Shown: positions 9,842-21,343, counted from the first letter of the stretch. The stretch: DNA of 64,000 nt from Methanotrichaceae archaeon (GCA_963813075.1 CAWEXU010000007.1:32001-96000), one strand, 5' to 3'. Numbers and translations are program-made. Notes: generated by a model not told the origin, from the sequence alone.

Positions 9842-9977
9842 CTATTTCCCCACCGCCAGGGTCAGATTTCCGTAGGGCATCACCAGCATCCTCGCATCCC
9901 TGCCCTGCCTCTCTTTCGCCATGGCCAAAGCCTCATCCAGAGTTTTGGCCGGGTTCATAAAGCACCTCTCGACCATA
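9842..9977 (-). repeat. Displaced 136-bp copy of the larA 3' end (direct repeat of 10671-10806)
   Basis: 8 mismatches in 136 bp by manual alignment. Confidence 0.95.
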
Positions 9978-10040
9978 AAAAGACCTTTTATTGATCGGAC
10001 GACAACGGATATAAATACTAAAACGAGGAGATTATTAGAT

Positions 10041-10217
10041 ATGGCGTGCTCAGATCCCCTTGAGAAAGCAAAAGAAGTGATTACCAACGCAAGAGCAACA
10101 AAGGCTGAGGATGACTTCCTTGAGGGAATAGTGGAGAGCCTAAAAGATTTTTCTAAAGGTCGTTATATTGTCTTCGAGAACGATGATGAACTGGAAGACC
10201 ATCTGATGAATCTTTAG
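10041..10217 (+). CDS. Putative small acidic antitoxin (58 aa)
   Basis: GAGGAG before ATG 10041; MACSDPLEKAKE...ESLKDFSKGRYIVFENDDELEDHLMNL; directly upstream of a RelE-like gene. Confidence 0.65.
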   Translation: MACSDPLEKAKEVITNARATKAEDDFLEGIVESLKDFSKGRYIVFENDDELEDHLMNL

Positions 10218-10238
10218 GTTGCAATTGCATAATTCCAA

Positions 10239-10625
10239 ATGGCATATAAATCTATCACAACGACCTACTTTGATAAAAAATTCTCTAAATTAACTGGTAA
10301 GAATAGATCTTTTAAAGTACAGGTTATAAATAAAATGAAAGGCATTCGCCAAAATCCAGAAATAGGCGAACCTAAGAGCCATAACCTCAGAGGTTTTCGT
10401 GCCTTGCATATCTCTGATCATTTCGTTATTGTTTTCCTTATCTTCAAAGAATATGTTATTTTTATAAATATTGATCATCATGATAATGCGTATGATGAAG
10501 ATACCTCGAAAGGGCTAATAAGTCGTCTGCTAGAGGACGAGGAACTCCATGCTGCGCTTAAGATATCTGATATTTCCGCGGAGGACTTTGCTAGCTTCTT
10601 AAGGACTTTAGGAAAATGCAAATAA
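10239..10625 (+). CDS. RelE/ParE (YafQ-like) toxin with C-terminal extension
   Basis: TTYFDKKFSKL..NPEIGEPKSHNLRGFRALHI.DHFVIVF..HHDNAY; AT-rich. Confidence 0.8.
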   Translation: MAYKSITTTYFDKKFSKLTGKNRSFKVQVINKMKGIRQNPEIGEPKSHNLRGFRALHISDHFVIVFLIFKEYVIFINIDHHDNAYDEDTSKGLISRLLEDEELHAALKISDISAEDFASFLRTLGKCK

Positions 10626-10670
10626 GCTAAGTCGCTGGATGCAAGCCCAAAAATATATTTAAAATATTGC

Positions 10671-11897
10671 CTATTTCTCCACCGCCAGGGTCAGATTTCC
10701 GTAGGGCATCACCAGCATCCTCGCATCCCTGCCCTGCCTCTCTTTAGCTATGGCCAAAGCCTCATCCAGAGTCCTGGCCGGGTTCATAAAGCACATCTCA
10801 ACCGTATCCCTGGGCATAGATGAGACCAGGATCAGATGATGCTCCATGGACTCTTTGGCCAGGAAGGCCGCCTTGTGCCCACCGAACTCGTACTCTCTGC
10901 CGAACCTCTCCCAGCAGTCCTCGGCAGAGGAGGCCTCACAGGCCCAGCGCTCGAAGACCGGATGGCCTAGCCCCTCGCAGCACTCCGCCAGGAGGATGAT
11001 GGTGCCACCGGGCAGGGCGGCATTCTTGGCATTGTCCAGAGCCTTCTGGGCCTGGAATAAATTGAGGTCCTTGGGCCTGCCTCCGGCACAGCTGACCACG
11101 ATCTCCGCCGGCTCCACCGGACGGCGATACATCCGGTCCACCGCCTCCGCTCCCACTCTATGCGCCTTTATGCAGTCGCCCGCAGTGGACAGGACTATCT
11201 CCTTTTTGCTGTTCAAGACGGTGTTCAGGATGAAATCCAGATCTGCGATGCGGGCAGCCTCCTCCATATCCAGACGGACGGGGCTTTTCAGGTTCCCGGT
11301 GGTTGCCGCGGGATCCCTCATCAGCTCGTGATTTTTAATCACCGAGGCCTCGGAGCTCACCCCGGGTAAGATGGCCTTTGCCCCACCGCTGTAGCCTGCA
11401 TAGTAGTGATACTCGATATTTCCCGTGGCCACAATCAGGTCCGAGGAGGCGACCGACTCTAAAACCTCCACCGGAGTTCCTCGCCTGGTCCTGCCCAGGG
11501 GAACGCAGGCTTCGGAATTGTGCTGAATATGAGGCAGACGGATGCAGTCCTTTAACAGATACTCCTCCTCGGCAGCAGTCATCTTTCGGTGGGTGCCCAG
11601 GGCGAAGACCACATTAAGATTTTTGATATCCAGCTCCTTTAGCTTCCTGACCAGAGGCGGAAGCATGAGGTGGCTGGGAGCAGGGCGGGTGATATCGCTC
11701 ACCAGAATGGAGGCAGACCTTGCCCCGGCAAACTCCTCCAGCCTCCTTCCCACCGCCTGCTCTAAGGATCTCTCGACCTCCTCCGGGCCGGCTGGCGGAA
11801 GCTCCTGGGGGAGGACGACCTCTACCTTATCGTCTGCAAGAAGCTCCAGGCAGCCCTGGCCGTAATCGAGCTTTATGGCTTTTTTATTGGATTTCAT
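10671..11897 (-). CDS. larA: Nickel-dependent lactate racemase family protein (LarA)
   Basis: SDITRP, ALGTHR, HYYAGYSGGAK, NLFQAQKA; probable start MKSNKK. Confidence 0.9.
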   Translation of the reverse strand: MKSNKKAIKLDYGQGCLELLADDKVEVVLPQELPPAGPEEVERSLEQAVGRRLEEFAGARSASILVSDITRPAPSHLMLPPLVRKLKELDIKNLNVVFALGTHRKMTAAEEEYLLKDCIRLPHIQHNSEACVPLGRTRRGTPVEVLESVASSDLIVATGNIEYHYYAGYSGGAKAILPGVSSEASVIKNHELMRDPAATTGNLKSPVRLDMEEAARIADLDFILNTVLNSKKEIVLSTAGDCIKAHRVGAEAVDRMYRRPVEPAEIVVSCAGGRPKDLNLFQAQKALDNAKNAALPGGTIILLAECCEGLGHPVFERWACEASSAEDCWERFGREYEFGGHKAAFLAKESMEHHLILVSSMPRDTVEMCFMNPARTLDEALAIAKERQGRDARMLVMPYGNLTLAVEK

Positions 11898-11937
11898 GGC
11901 GTGGCAGTACGATATTAGCGGTTTGAATATATATGAC

Positions 11938-12795
11938 CTACGTCTTCCAGACCACCGCTCTGGTGAGCATCTCAGAGAAGGCATCGAATATCGGCCGGTC
12001 CGTCTGGACGAGGAAATAGTTCGCACCGACCTGATTGCATGCCGCCCGGATCTTTTCATTATGCTCTGTCAGCCTCTTCAGGTACTCCGCCCGCTCTCCT
12101 TCTGTAACTCGAGTGACGAGGGATAGACCGCTCTCCAGGTCCACGAACTTCACATCTCCCCCGAACTTTAGCCCCACCTCATCCGGGGACAGAACCTGAA
12201 TTACCACCAGCTCATGCCCGGATAGGCGAAAGATGCTGGATATGACATCCTCGGTATCCTCCAGGAAATCGGATATCAGCACCACCAGGCTGGTGGTCTT
12301 GATCTGGGACGCGAATAGCTCTGAGACCAGCTTCAGACTGGTCCCGCCCCTGGGGAGAGTATCATCCAGCATGGCAACGGTTGTGATCAGATTTCTCCTC
12401 CCCCGTTTGGGATCTCCGGGGTAGAACCGGTGGCAAAAGCGCGATATGGTGTACTTCTCGTTCTCCATGGTGGCCAGATAGGCAAAGCCCGCGGCGAGGC
12501 GGGAGGCATAGGCATACTTTCCGGCATAGCTCATGCTGGCGCTGCTGTCTAAGAGGATGTGGACCACAAGGCTTCTCTCCTCCTCATGCTCCCGGATGAA
12601 GAGCTTCTCCGTCCTGCCATAGACCTTCCAGTCCACCAGCTTGAAGTCGTCTCCCTTACGGTACTCCCGGTAGCCCACCGGGCTGACGCCGTGGCCAAAG
12701 CGCATCGATTTCCTCCCTCCGCTATATGCGGTGGAGACACGCTTTCTGACGAGCAGAGTAAATCGCTCCAGCTCTTTGAAGAACTCAGTGTCCAT
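11938..12795 (-). CDS. DUF58 (vWA-like) protein
   Basis: YREYRKGDDFKLVDWKVYGR, LLDSSASM, VVLISDF. Confidence 0.92.
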   Translation of the reverse strand: MDTEFFKELERFTLLVRKRVSTAYSGGRKSMRFGHGVSPVGYREYRKGDDFKLVDWKVYGRTEKLFIREHEEERSLVVHILLDSSASMSYAGKYAYASRLAAGFAYLATMENEKYTISRFCHRFYPGDPKRGRRNLITTVAMLDDTLPRGGTSLKLVSELFASQIKTTSLVVLISDFLEDTEDVISSIFRLSGHELVVIQVLSPDEVGLKFGGDVKFVDLESGLSLVTRVTEGERAEYLKRLTEHNEKIRAACNQVGANYFLVQTDRPIFDAFSEMLTRAVVWKT

Positions 12796-12813
12796 AATTT
12801 ATCCAAATTCATC

Positions 12814-13770
12814 TCATAGCGATAGGCTCTTCAGGATGTCACCTACCACCTGGTCGCGGGTGAGGCCCTTCCTCTCCGCCTCGAATCCCAGTATTATCCT
12901 GTGCCTGAGGACCGGATAGGCCATCTCATGCAGATCTTCTTTGGAGACGTAGTTCCTGCCCTGCAAAAATGCTCTGGCCTTGGCCGAGAGGATGAGGCCG
13001 ATCGAGGCCCTGGGGCTGGCACCGTACTGGACTCCCTCCCAGTTGCGGGTGGCCAGAACCAGGCTGACGACCGCCTTTTTCAGATCATCAGCAATCGGTA
13101 TGTCGCGACAGAGCTGCTGCAGGGCTATCACCTCTTCCCGGCTCACCTGCGGGGAAACCTTGGGCTCTGCCCGGATGGTATACCTCTCCAGGATCTCCAG
13201 CTCCTCATCCATGCTGGGATATTCCATAAAGATCTTGAGCAGGAACCTGTCCAGCTGGGCCTCGGGCAATGGGAAGGTCCCTTCCATCTCTATGGGGTTC
13301 TGGGTGGCTAAAATGAAGAAGGGCCTGTCCAGCGGATAGGTTTTGTTGCCCACTGTCACCTGCTTTTCCTGCATGGCCTCTAAAAGCGCGCTCTGAGTCT
13401 TGGGCGAGGCCCGGTTGATCTCGTCCGCCAGGACGATGTTTGAGAAGACGGGCCCCGGCTCAAAGCGGAACTTCTTTCCTCCCCCAATCTCGTCGATGAT
13501 GGTGGTGCCGGTGATATCTGCCGGCATCAGGTCCGGAGTGCACTGAATTCTGCTGAAGTCCAGGCTCATGCAGGAGGCCGTGGTCTTCACCAGCAGAGTC
13601 TTGGCCAGACCGGGATTGCTCTCCAGGAGGGCATGGCCTCCGGCGATGATTGCCACCAAAAGCTGCTCTATGGCCTTATCCTGGCCGACGATCACCTTAT
13701 CGATCTCTTTTCGGAGCCTCTGGAAAATCTCCGGAGCTCGGCTGTAGACTATTCTGAGATCCTCCGACAT
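12814..13770 (-). CDS. MoxR-family AAA+ ATPase
   Basis: PGLAKT, RIQCTPDLMPAD, ADEINRA, ATQNPIE, LPEAQLDRF. Confidence 0.95.
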   Translation of the reverse strand: MSEDLRIVYSRAPEIFQRLRKEIDKVIVGQDKAIEQLLVAIIAGGHALLESNPGLAKTLLVKTTASCMSLDFSRIQCTPDLMPADITGTTIIDEIGGGKKFRFEPGPVFSNIVLADEINRASPKTQSALLEAMQEKQVTVGNKTYPLDRPFFILATQNPIEMEGTFPLPEAQLDRFLLKIFMEYPSMDEELEILERYTIRAEPKVSPQVSREEVIALQQLCRDIPIADDLKKAVVSLVLATRNWEGVQYGASPRASIGLILSAKARAFLQGRNYVSKEDLHEMAYPVLRHRIILGFEAERKGLTRDQVVGDILKSLSL

Positions 13771-13828
13771 TATTTTCTCCTTATCATCTTCTGAAGAGTT
13801 TTTGGTCTAATTATACCTTTTCCAGGGA

Positions 13829-13908
13829 ATGGGAGGTGGATGGGTGGTGGATGAGAGTGGATGAGAGTGGATGAGAGGTGGATGGGTGGTGGATGGGAGG
13901 CGGATGGG
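13829..13908. repeat. G-rich 10-11 bp tandem repeat (gtggatgRgR), about 7 units
   Basis: Seen directly upstream of moxR. Confidence 0.85.
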
Positions 13909-14130
13909 AATAGGCGCTTCAAGCATCATTGTTCACGAAATATTCTTTTCGCGGTATTCAAATGAAGGTATTGGTGACAGTGGCTGGCAAAAAAAGCGCA
14001 GATCTGAGCAGAAGTCTTCACATTAACTCATGATGTGGCATATAAGAAGCTGGATCTCCAATGCTCAAATGCGATGTGCCTGCACAAGCCTTTTCATTTG
14101 TCACTGCAATAAGAGACTGGAGAGCTGAAT

Positions 14131-15310
14131 ATGCATAAGATAAGATCCACGGCAGGCGTAATTTTTTTGTCCACCCTACTTCTCATGACTGTTTCAGGGC
14201 AACATATTGCGGCACAATACCTATATGAGGGCAACAGCCTTCTGGAAGAGGAAAAGTACGACGAGGCGGTACTGATTTTTGATAAAGCCATTGCACTGGA
14301 CTCTCGATTTACCGCTGCCTGGAGCAATAAAGGATACGCTTTATCCGAATTGGGCGAGTATGAGGATGCTTTAGAGGCATATGACAGGGCTCTGGAGATT
14401 GGACCTCAAGAAGCACTTATGTGGAATGGGAAAGGTGGTGCCCTACTTGGGATGGAACGGTATGATGAAGCCCTTAAAGCCTTTGATAGAGCGATAGAGC
14501 TTGATCCAACATTTGCACCAGCCTGGGGCAATAAAGGCATAGCATTCGATCATTTGGGCCGCCAAGAAGATGCCATAAGAATGTATGAAAAAGTTGATGA
14601 GCTCAATAAACAGGATCCCGATCCATTGGTCTGGCTCAATAAAGGAAACTCGCTGTACAAATTGGGGGATTTTGAAGAAGCCCTCAAATCATATAACAAA
14701 TCCATTGAGATTGATCCTCAACTAGCAGATGCCTGGAACTCAAAGGGTCTGGTTCTTGGAAATTTGAGTCGCAACGATGAAGCACTGAAGGCATTCGACA
14801 AAGCAATTGAGATTGATCCAGCACTCTGGGAGGCCTGGAACAATAAAGGTGTCACCCTCAATGAAATGGACAGATATGAAGAGGCCATCGAGGCCTTTAA
14901 TCAAGCTATAGAAATTGACTCAAACCAGATGGGACTATGGTACAACAAAGGCAACACATGTCTGAGCGGCGGGGAAATTGGAAGAAGCACTCTGGTCTTA
15001 CAATAAGGCCACAGAGATCAAACCCGAACATGCTGAGTCCTGGATAGGCAAAGGCGACAGTTCTTGGTTATATGGGAAGATATGAGGATGCCATAGAAGC
15101 ATTGGAAAAAGCTATTCAGATCGATCCAGAGAATGGAAGGGCCTGGTACTTGAAAGGCTTGGTTCACGAACGAAGTTAATAGCGATGCAGGAAGCTGAAG
15201 CTGCTTTTTCCAGGGCGGAAGAGCTGGGATACGTCGGAGAGGACAGTGAGGACGGAGATGACTATGTTCCGACCAAGTCTCTTCTTGATTTGCTGAGAAG
15301 CCTGTTATGA
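14131..15310 (+). CDS. Secreted TPR-repeat protein (several frameshifts after about 14960)
   Basis: Signal peptide and many AW.NKG..L..L..Y.EA...FD.A repeats; TPR-like text continues in other frames to the stop at 15308-15310. Confidence 0.8.
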
Positions 15311-15605
15311 TGGCTAAATATGATAAGCCGGATAATAGGCAGGTGTAGCTTGCCAATGATCAATAGAAGGGAAGGGAGAATCAGAGAGAAATATCCAGAC
15401 GCACTTGAATGAACTCCCAGCCTTTCATCTATGCATCAGAGCAGCCACCAGTCATGATCCCCCCGGAATTTTTCATCTTGAATACGAGCGAGAATGATGC
15501 CTTTCCAGGAATACAGCCGAATGCCAGTCCATCAAAAGCGTTTCAACTAACAGCTATCCAGAAGATGTAAATATAGTGCATTCTATCTTATTAATGGAGA
15601 CATAG

Positions 15606-16031
15606 ATGACTGGTACTGATGCCATAAGGGCCACCGTGGATGAGCTTCTCCGGGTCCTCTCCGCCAGGAACATAATTGGCGAGCCTGTGGACCTGGAGGA
15701 CAAGATCATCATACCCATCACCAAGATGGGGATGGGATTTGGCACCGGCCAGGGAATGGAACCCGGGGGCAAGGAAACCATTAAGGTCGAAGCAGGCGGC
15801 GGTGTGGGCATCATTCCAGTCGCTATTGTGGTGGTGTTCAAGGGGATTTCTGGTGAGGATGGAGTCAAGGTGATTCCTCTGTCCGGCCACAGCTCGGGCA
15901 ACCAGCCCCTGGCCGAGCTTGCCAGTGTGGCCCAATCCATCCTGGAGAGATTCGCCGCCTCTCAGGAGAGAAAAGGAAAGGAGAGACAGGAGAAAAAGTC
16001 CTCTCGAGAGACAGCGGTGCACGTCGAATAG
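15606..16031 (+). CDS. GerW/YtfJ family protein
   Basis: IIGEPV....IIIPITKMGMGFGTG...AGGGVGIIPVAIVVV. Confidence 0.88.
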   Translation: MTGTDAIRATVDELLRVLSARNIIGEPVDLEDKIIIPITKMGMGFGTGQGMEPGGKETIKVEAGGGVGIIPVAIVVVFKGISGEDGVKVIPLSGHSSGNQPLAELASVAQSILERFAASQERKGKERQEKKSSRETAVHVE

Positions 16032-16082
16032 ATTCGCTCGAACAGACGCCTGGCGAATAAACCTTGAGCTTGAGGCTTTCTG

Positions 16083-17046
16083 ATGCCATTGACCTCCAAT
16101 ATTCTGGCAGGGATACAGATCACTGATATTTTGACACTGGCAGCTTTCATACTTTTGCTTTTCATTGCCCTCCTGCTAATCGTTCTGATAGTCCCCCTTC
16201 GATTTTGCCTATTTTTATACAAGAATGGGCGGCTGGTTGAGGGAAAGCTAAGAGGGTCCTGGCTGGGAATATCCGCAGGCGGAGAGCTGATAAGCAAAGA
16301 GAGCGCAACTATTGGCAGGCTATGGATATCTTTCCTTAGCATCAGGATCATTAATCGAGAGATCTCCGCTCCATCAGCTCTCGATTTTATTGGATTGGTC
16401 ACTAAAAGGGAACGGGGAAAGGAAAAGAAGGGCTATGCGGAGAGAAAGGAGGGTGCAGAGAGAAAGGAGGAAAAGGCAGAAGACAGTTGGCGGGATCTGA
16501 GCCGGCATGACAAGAGCCGGCAAGACGAAAGCCGGCACGAACAGAATAGCATCAGCAGGGAAAGCACAAGCGGGGAATCAGAGGCTATCGATGATGAAGA
16601 CGGCATCAGGACGCCCCGGCTCAGATCTATTCTGGCAGCCATGCCCGCGTTCATGAATTTCCTCCGCGACCTCACGGGATCGATCAATTTCAAGACGATC
16701 CGCTGCCGTCTGGAGCTGGGGCTTGATGATCCTTCCGAGACGGCCATACTGGCGGGACGGCTCTGGGCCATAGCCGCTTTCCTCCGCTATCTTGGAGCGG
16801 ACATCCTCATTAAGCCCTATTTCGAGGATGAAAGGCTGGAGGGAGAATTTCTGGCAGAGGCCGGAATGCGTCCGATCCATGTCCCAGTGGCATTCATCTC
16901 CGCCCTCAGCGAAAAAGGAGACGAGATCGCTGATAAAAGAAATAAGTTCTCAAAAGAGCACCATCTTCTCCTTGATGGCCCTTTGTGCGCTTTGTGTTCT
17001 TTGTGGTGAAATAATTAGCTATGCAATAAAATTAAGAACCTATTAA
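16083..17046 (+). CDS. DUF2953 (YtfI-like) membrane protein; 3' end uncertain (A-run frameshift, repeat overlap)
   Basis: N-terminal TM segment, LGLDDPSETAILAG..I.PYF motif; adjacent to ytfJ. Confidence 0.75.
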
Positions 17047-17048
17047 CC
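16939..17048. repeat. Dispersed 9-bp-periodic repeat (ctttgtgcg ctttgtgtt ctttgtggt family), one arm
   Basis: Core 16977-17037 nearly identical to the reverse complement of about 52240-52298. Confidence 0.9.
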
Positions 17049-17061
17049 GGGGCAATGACTT

Positions 17062-17367
17062 TTGATGTCTGAAGCGATATTTGATGATGAATCGAAGAAA
17101 AGCAAATGGATCCCGAAAATACAGATGCATGTCCTGGCAGGAGCACAGATCAGGGCCGGAGAGAGGATAATTTATCCCATCATCAAGGTCTTCGTCATCG
17201 CTGCAGAAGATCGTCTGCTGGGATTGAGAATCAGCCCGATTGCGCTGCTGATAGTTGAGCCTGGAATGCAGTATGCCTTCTCACTGGAAGGAAAGAAAAT
17301 GAATGTGGAGGAGATCTATAAGCTGGATGCCTCCCTGAAGGACATCGCAGCTGCATCGAGCCCTTGA
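17062..17367 (+). CDS. Hypothetical protein, distantly YtfJ-like
   Basis: GERIIYPIIKV...ISPIALLIV resembles YtfJ strands. Confidence 0.6.
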   Translation: MMSEAIFDDESKKSKWIPKIQMHVLAGAQIRAGERIIYPIIKVFVIAAEDRLLGLRISPIALLIVEPGMQYAFSLEGKKMNVEEIYKLDASLKDIAAASSP

Positions 17368-17500
17368 TTACGTGATAGTGAACTGCTGCCTCCAGAGGGG
17401 TGCGACTTCTGACTACGACGAAACTTTTTTTGATTTGAGGCTCATCTGCTCGATTATATTTGATGCCGCTTGTTGATTGCTGCCCCTCAGATCGGGCTTT

Positions 17501-20033
17501 TCAGCGCATCCAGAGGATATGGGAATCCTCCATAGGAACAAATGCATCCGGATGATAGGGCACAATGCGAGGGGTATAGTCCTCAGCTTGCCTGTTCGCC
17601 GGCACATCGGCGCAGTAGACGAACCCATTGACTGAACCGGCAAGCTCTTCCCTCTGATCCATGATGATCCTGACCGGCTTTGCCTTTTCCCCCCGGCCTG
17701 ACTGGGGCAGGGGATCAGCATAAAGCTCCACCTGAATATCATCTGGAGAGATATCGCCCAAATATGCCTCCACCTGGAAGCGCCACCGATCCTCCTCCAG
17801 GGTCACCTTCAGATTGCCGAAATGAATTCCTCTCCAGCAAAGGGCGATCCTCTCCTGCCAACCCACCAATTCCCTGGCCAGCTTTGCACCCTCTTTTGCC
17901 CTCTTTCTATAGGCATCAGCCGCCGGCTGGTAGACCTTCTCTACATACTCTTTCATCATCCGGTTGCTGCTATAGCGCGGGGTCAGCTCGGTCATGCTGG
18001 CCTTGACCTTAGCCACCCAGGATGATGGGACTCCCTGATCGTCCCGCTGGTAGAAGAGCGGAACTACCTCCTCCTCCAGCAGCCGGTAGAGCTCTCGGGC
18101 ATCTTTATCATCCCTTTCCGGGCCAAAACCATCCGGGGACTCGCTCTCATCTCCCAGCAGCCAGCCCACCCTGGGGTCGTAGGCCTCATCCCACCATCCA
18201 TCGAGGGTGGAGAGGTTCAGCCCGCCATTGGCCAGCACCTTCATGCCGCTTGTCCCGCAGGCCTCATTGGGGCGCAGTGGGGTGTTGATCCATAGATCCA
18301 CCCCCGCCTGCAGGTGCTGGGCCAGATCGATATCGTAATCCTCGAGAAATATCACCCGATCCGATATGTCCGGCCGGTCGGCGAAGTTGGCCATCTGCTT
18401 TACCATCTCTTTTCCGGCGGTATCGGCAGGATGGGCCTTGGCGGCCATCAAGAGCTGTACCGGCATATCCTGATTGCTCAGGATCCTGACCAGCCTCTCC
18501 TCGTCCCTTAAGAGGAGGTTGGTGCGCTTGTAGGCGGTGGCCCTCCTGGCAAATCCTATGGTGAGGGCATTGGGGTCCAGCACGTGCTTTGCCGCCTCGA
18601 TCTCCTCGGGCATGGCTCCATGCTCCTGCATCTGCCGGGCATGACGCCTGCGAGCATAATCGACGAGGTCTTTTCTGGCAAGCGCTCTGAAGTTCCAGAT
18701 ATCCTGGTCGTTCTGCCTGGCTATCTCTCCGATCTCATAGTCAACCCAGTCCGGACCGCAGCTTCCAGGGCAGGCTCTGCGACCACAGCTTTTGGGCGGC
18801 AGGAGAATCCCAGGTGGGAATATGGACCCCATTGGTCACGTAATCGATAGGCACCTCATTCTTCGGCCAGCGAGGATAACGGGACTGAAAGATCCTCCTG
18901 CTCACCTGGCCATGAAGCCGGCTCACGCCGTTGACAAAGCAGCTACCACTAAGGGCGAGAAAGGCGATGTTAAAGGGACTGCTGTCATCCTTTTCGCTCT
19001 TCAGTCCCATGATGGCCAGAGCATTCGGCGGCAGGCCCCGAGCATTTGTATAATGCTTTGCATATTTTCTCAGGAGATCTCTGTCAAACCGATCGAAACC
19101 CGCCTCTACTGGGGTATGGGTGGTGAAGACATTTCCCGCCCGGGTGGCCCAGAGAGCCTCCAAGAATGAGCAGCCCTCCTCTTGCATGAAGCTATAGGCC
19201 CTGGCCAGGACCACAAATGCGGCATGGCCCTCGTTCATATGGCAGACCTCCGGCTTTATTCCCATCTTCTTCAGGGCCAGCCAGCCGCCGACCCCAAGGA
19301 CGATCTCCTGGATGAGGCGCAGCTCCTGCCCGGGAGCATAAAGGCTGGCGGTGATCGCCCTATCCCAGGGGGAGTTTAAAGGATCATTGGAGTCTAAGAG
19401 AAAGAGGCTCACCCGGCCGACCTGAGCCTTCCAGACCCTTAAATAAATGTGCCTCCCCGGAAGGCCGATCTTGATTCTGAGCCTGCCACCCTCCTCATCC
19501 CAGACCGGCTCTATGGGAAGGCTATTTGGATCGTTATAGGGAAAGGCCTCGATCTGAGATCCGTCCTGGGCCAGGAGCTGACGGAAGTAGCCCTGCTGGT
19601 AGAGAAGGCCGATCCCTACCAGGGGAACTCCCAGGTCGCTGGCCGTCTTCAGGTGATCTCCGGCCAGGATGCCCAGGCCTCCAGAGTAGATAGGAAGGGC
19701 TTCAGAGAGGCCGAACTCCATGCTGAAGTAGGCGACGGAGCGCAGACTGTAGTGCTTCTCGCACCATCCAGGCTGGGCCAGAAACTGGGCGTTTTTATCC
19801 TGCCAATCTCTTATCTCCCTTCCCAGGACCTCGTCCTTCGCCAGCTCGTTCAGGCGGCTTTTTGAGATGTTTTGCAGGATTAGATAGGGATTTTTTGTCT
19901 TCTCCCAGGCCTCGGGATCCAGCAGCTCCCAGACCTTGTCCGTTGTCAGCCGGACAGTCCAGCGCAGATCAAGGGCCAGATCAGCCAGGCCCTCCAGCCC
20001 TGAGGGCAAATACAGGTCATTATGGCTATTCAT
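17501..20033 (-). CDS. glgP: Alpha-glucan (glycogen/maltodextrin) phosphorylase (frameshift near 18780)
   Basis: YFSMEFG, YSGGLGILAGDH, VTNGVH, FARRATAYKR, EACGTSGMK PLP motif. Confidence 0.95.
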
Positions 20034-20117
20034 TATTCCGCCTCGAGCAATATCCTTTCTACTCTCTATATTTTCTATCTTCTATTATCTTCTATCTTCT
20101 ATAATCTTCTACCTCTC

Positions 20118-21221
20118 TTATCTTCTCTTGGTGACTATTGAGAGCACATCACAGTCCTGCAGCTCATGGTCCAGCCCAATGGACTGGCCCGGGAACTTGG
20201 CGCTCTTTCCCCAGACCAGTGCATAGCGAAAGAGGTTAACGAAGTCCCGGTGCAGATGCTCGCATACCGATTTCACTGTGCTCCCATCCAGGAGCACCAG
20301 CGGCTCCTCCAGGTCTGCTTTGCCTCCCTTCGGCTTGAGGTAGATGCGGATGAACCCCAGGGTCTCGTATATATCATCCTTCAATTCCTCCAGGCCCTCG
20401 GTAGTGGCGCAGGATATGGGCAGATAGTCCCTGCCCAGGTCTTCTGCGATCTTGTCCTCGATGCCGCCATAGCGCAGGTCGAACTTGTTTATGGCCACCA
20501 GAGATGGAATATAAACCCTGTTTCCCGCCAGGAAGTCAACCAGGCTGTCAGTGTCTATATCCTCCCGGACGGTGACATTGGCGTTCACTATTCCATAGGC
20601 GCGTATGATCTCTGCGATCTCAAACTCCGTCATCCGGGTCAGAGGAACTGTACTGCGCACGATGATGCCCCCCTTTCTCTCCTGGGTGATGTGAACGTTT
20701 GGCGGCTGCTTGTCCAGCCTTATGCCGGCTTCATACAGCTCCCGCTCCAGGACCTTTAGATTATAGTTGAAGACATCTCCTAATAAGAGGATCATATCCG
20801 CTGCTCGGGCGGCGGTTATGACCTCCCTGCCCCTGCCCTTGCCCCGTGCCGCTCCCTTTATGATTCCTGGCATATCGAGAATCTGAATCTCGGCCCCTTT
20901 GTGCTTCATCACTCCAGGGATGACCTCAAGAGTGGTGAACTGATAGGCAGCCACCTCAGACTTGGAGCCGGTCAGATAGTTGAGCAGGCTGGATTTGCCT
21001 ACAGACGGAAAGCCCACCAGGGCCACAGTGGCGTCGCCGGATTTCTTGATGTAGTATCTTCTCCCTCCGCCGCCGCCTTTGATCTTCTGAAGCTCCTGCT
21101 GGGCTCTGAGCTTGGCTATCTTGGCCTTGATCTTGCCCAGGTGATGCTCAGTGGCCTTGTTCTTCTGAGTATTGAAGATCTCCTCTTCCAGCGCTTTGAT
21201 CTGCTCCTCAATGGTTGCCAT
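20118..21221 (-). CDS. DRG/Obg-family GTP-binding protein with TGS domain
   Basis: NKATEHH, GFPSVGKS, YQFTTL, DMPG, NKFD. Confidence 0.95.
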   Translation of the reverse strand: MATIEEQIKALEEEIFNTQKNKATEHHLGKIKAKIAKLRAQQELQKIKGGGGGRRYYIKKSGDATVALVGFPSVGKSSLLNYLTGSKSEVAAYQFTTLEVIPGVMKHKGAEIQILDMPGIIKGAARGKGRGREVITAARAADMILLLGDVFNYNLKVLERELYEAGIRLDKQPPNVHITQERKGGIIVRSTVPLTRMTEFEIAEIIRAYGIVNANVTVREDIDTDSLVDFLAGNRVYIPSLVAINKFDLRYGGIEDKIAEDLGRDYLPISCATTEGLEELKDDIYETLGFIRIYLKPKGGKADLEEPLVLLDGSTVKSVCEHLHRDFVNLFRYALVWGKSAKFPGQSIGLDHELQDCDVLSIVTKRR

Positions 21222-21343
21222 TTAACGTCCTCTTAGTCGGCAGGGCGGCCAAAAAAGCCTTCCCTGCCATCAGATAGAAGTGTGATGCGCCACTTTCCCA
21301 AAAGCAATAGGGCTCCTCCTTTATAAGCTATGGTATGGGGTAA

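Noticed and set aside
9842..10087. 81-aa minus-strand ORF
   Set aside because: Chance fusion of the duplicated larA tail with antisense TA sequence
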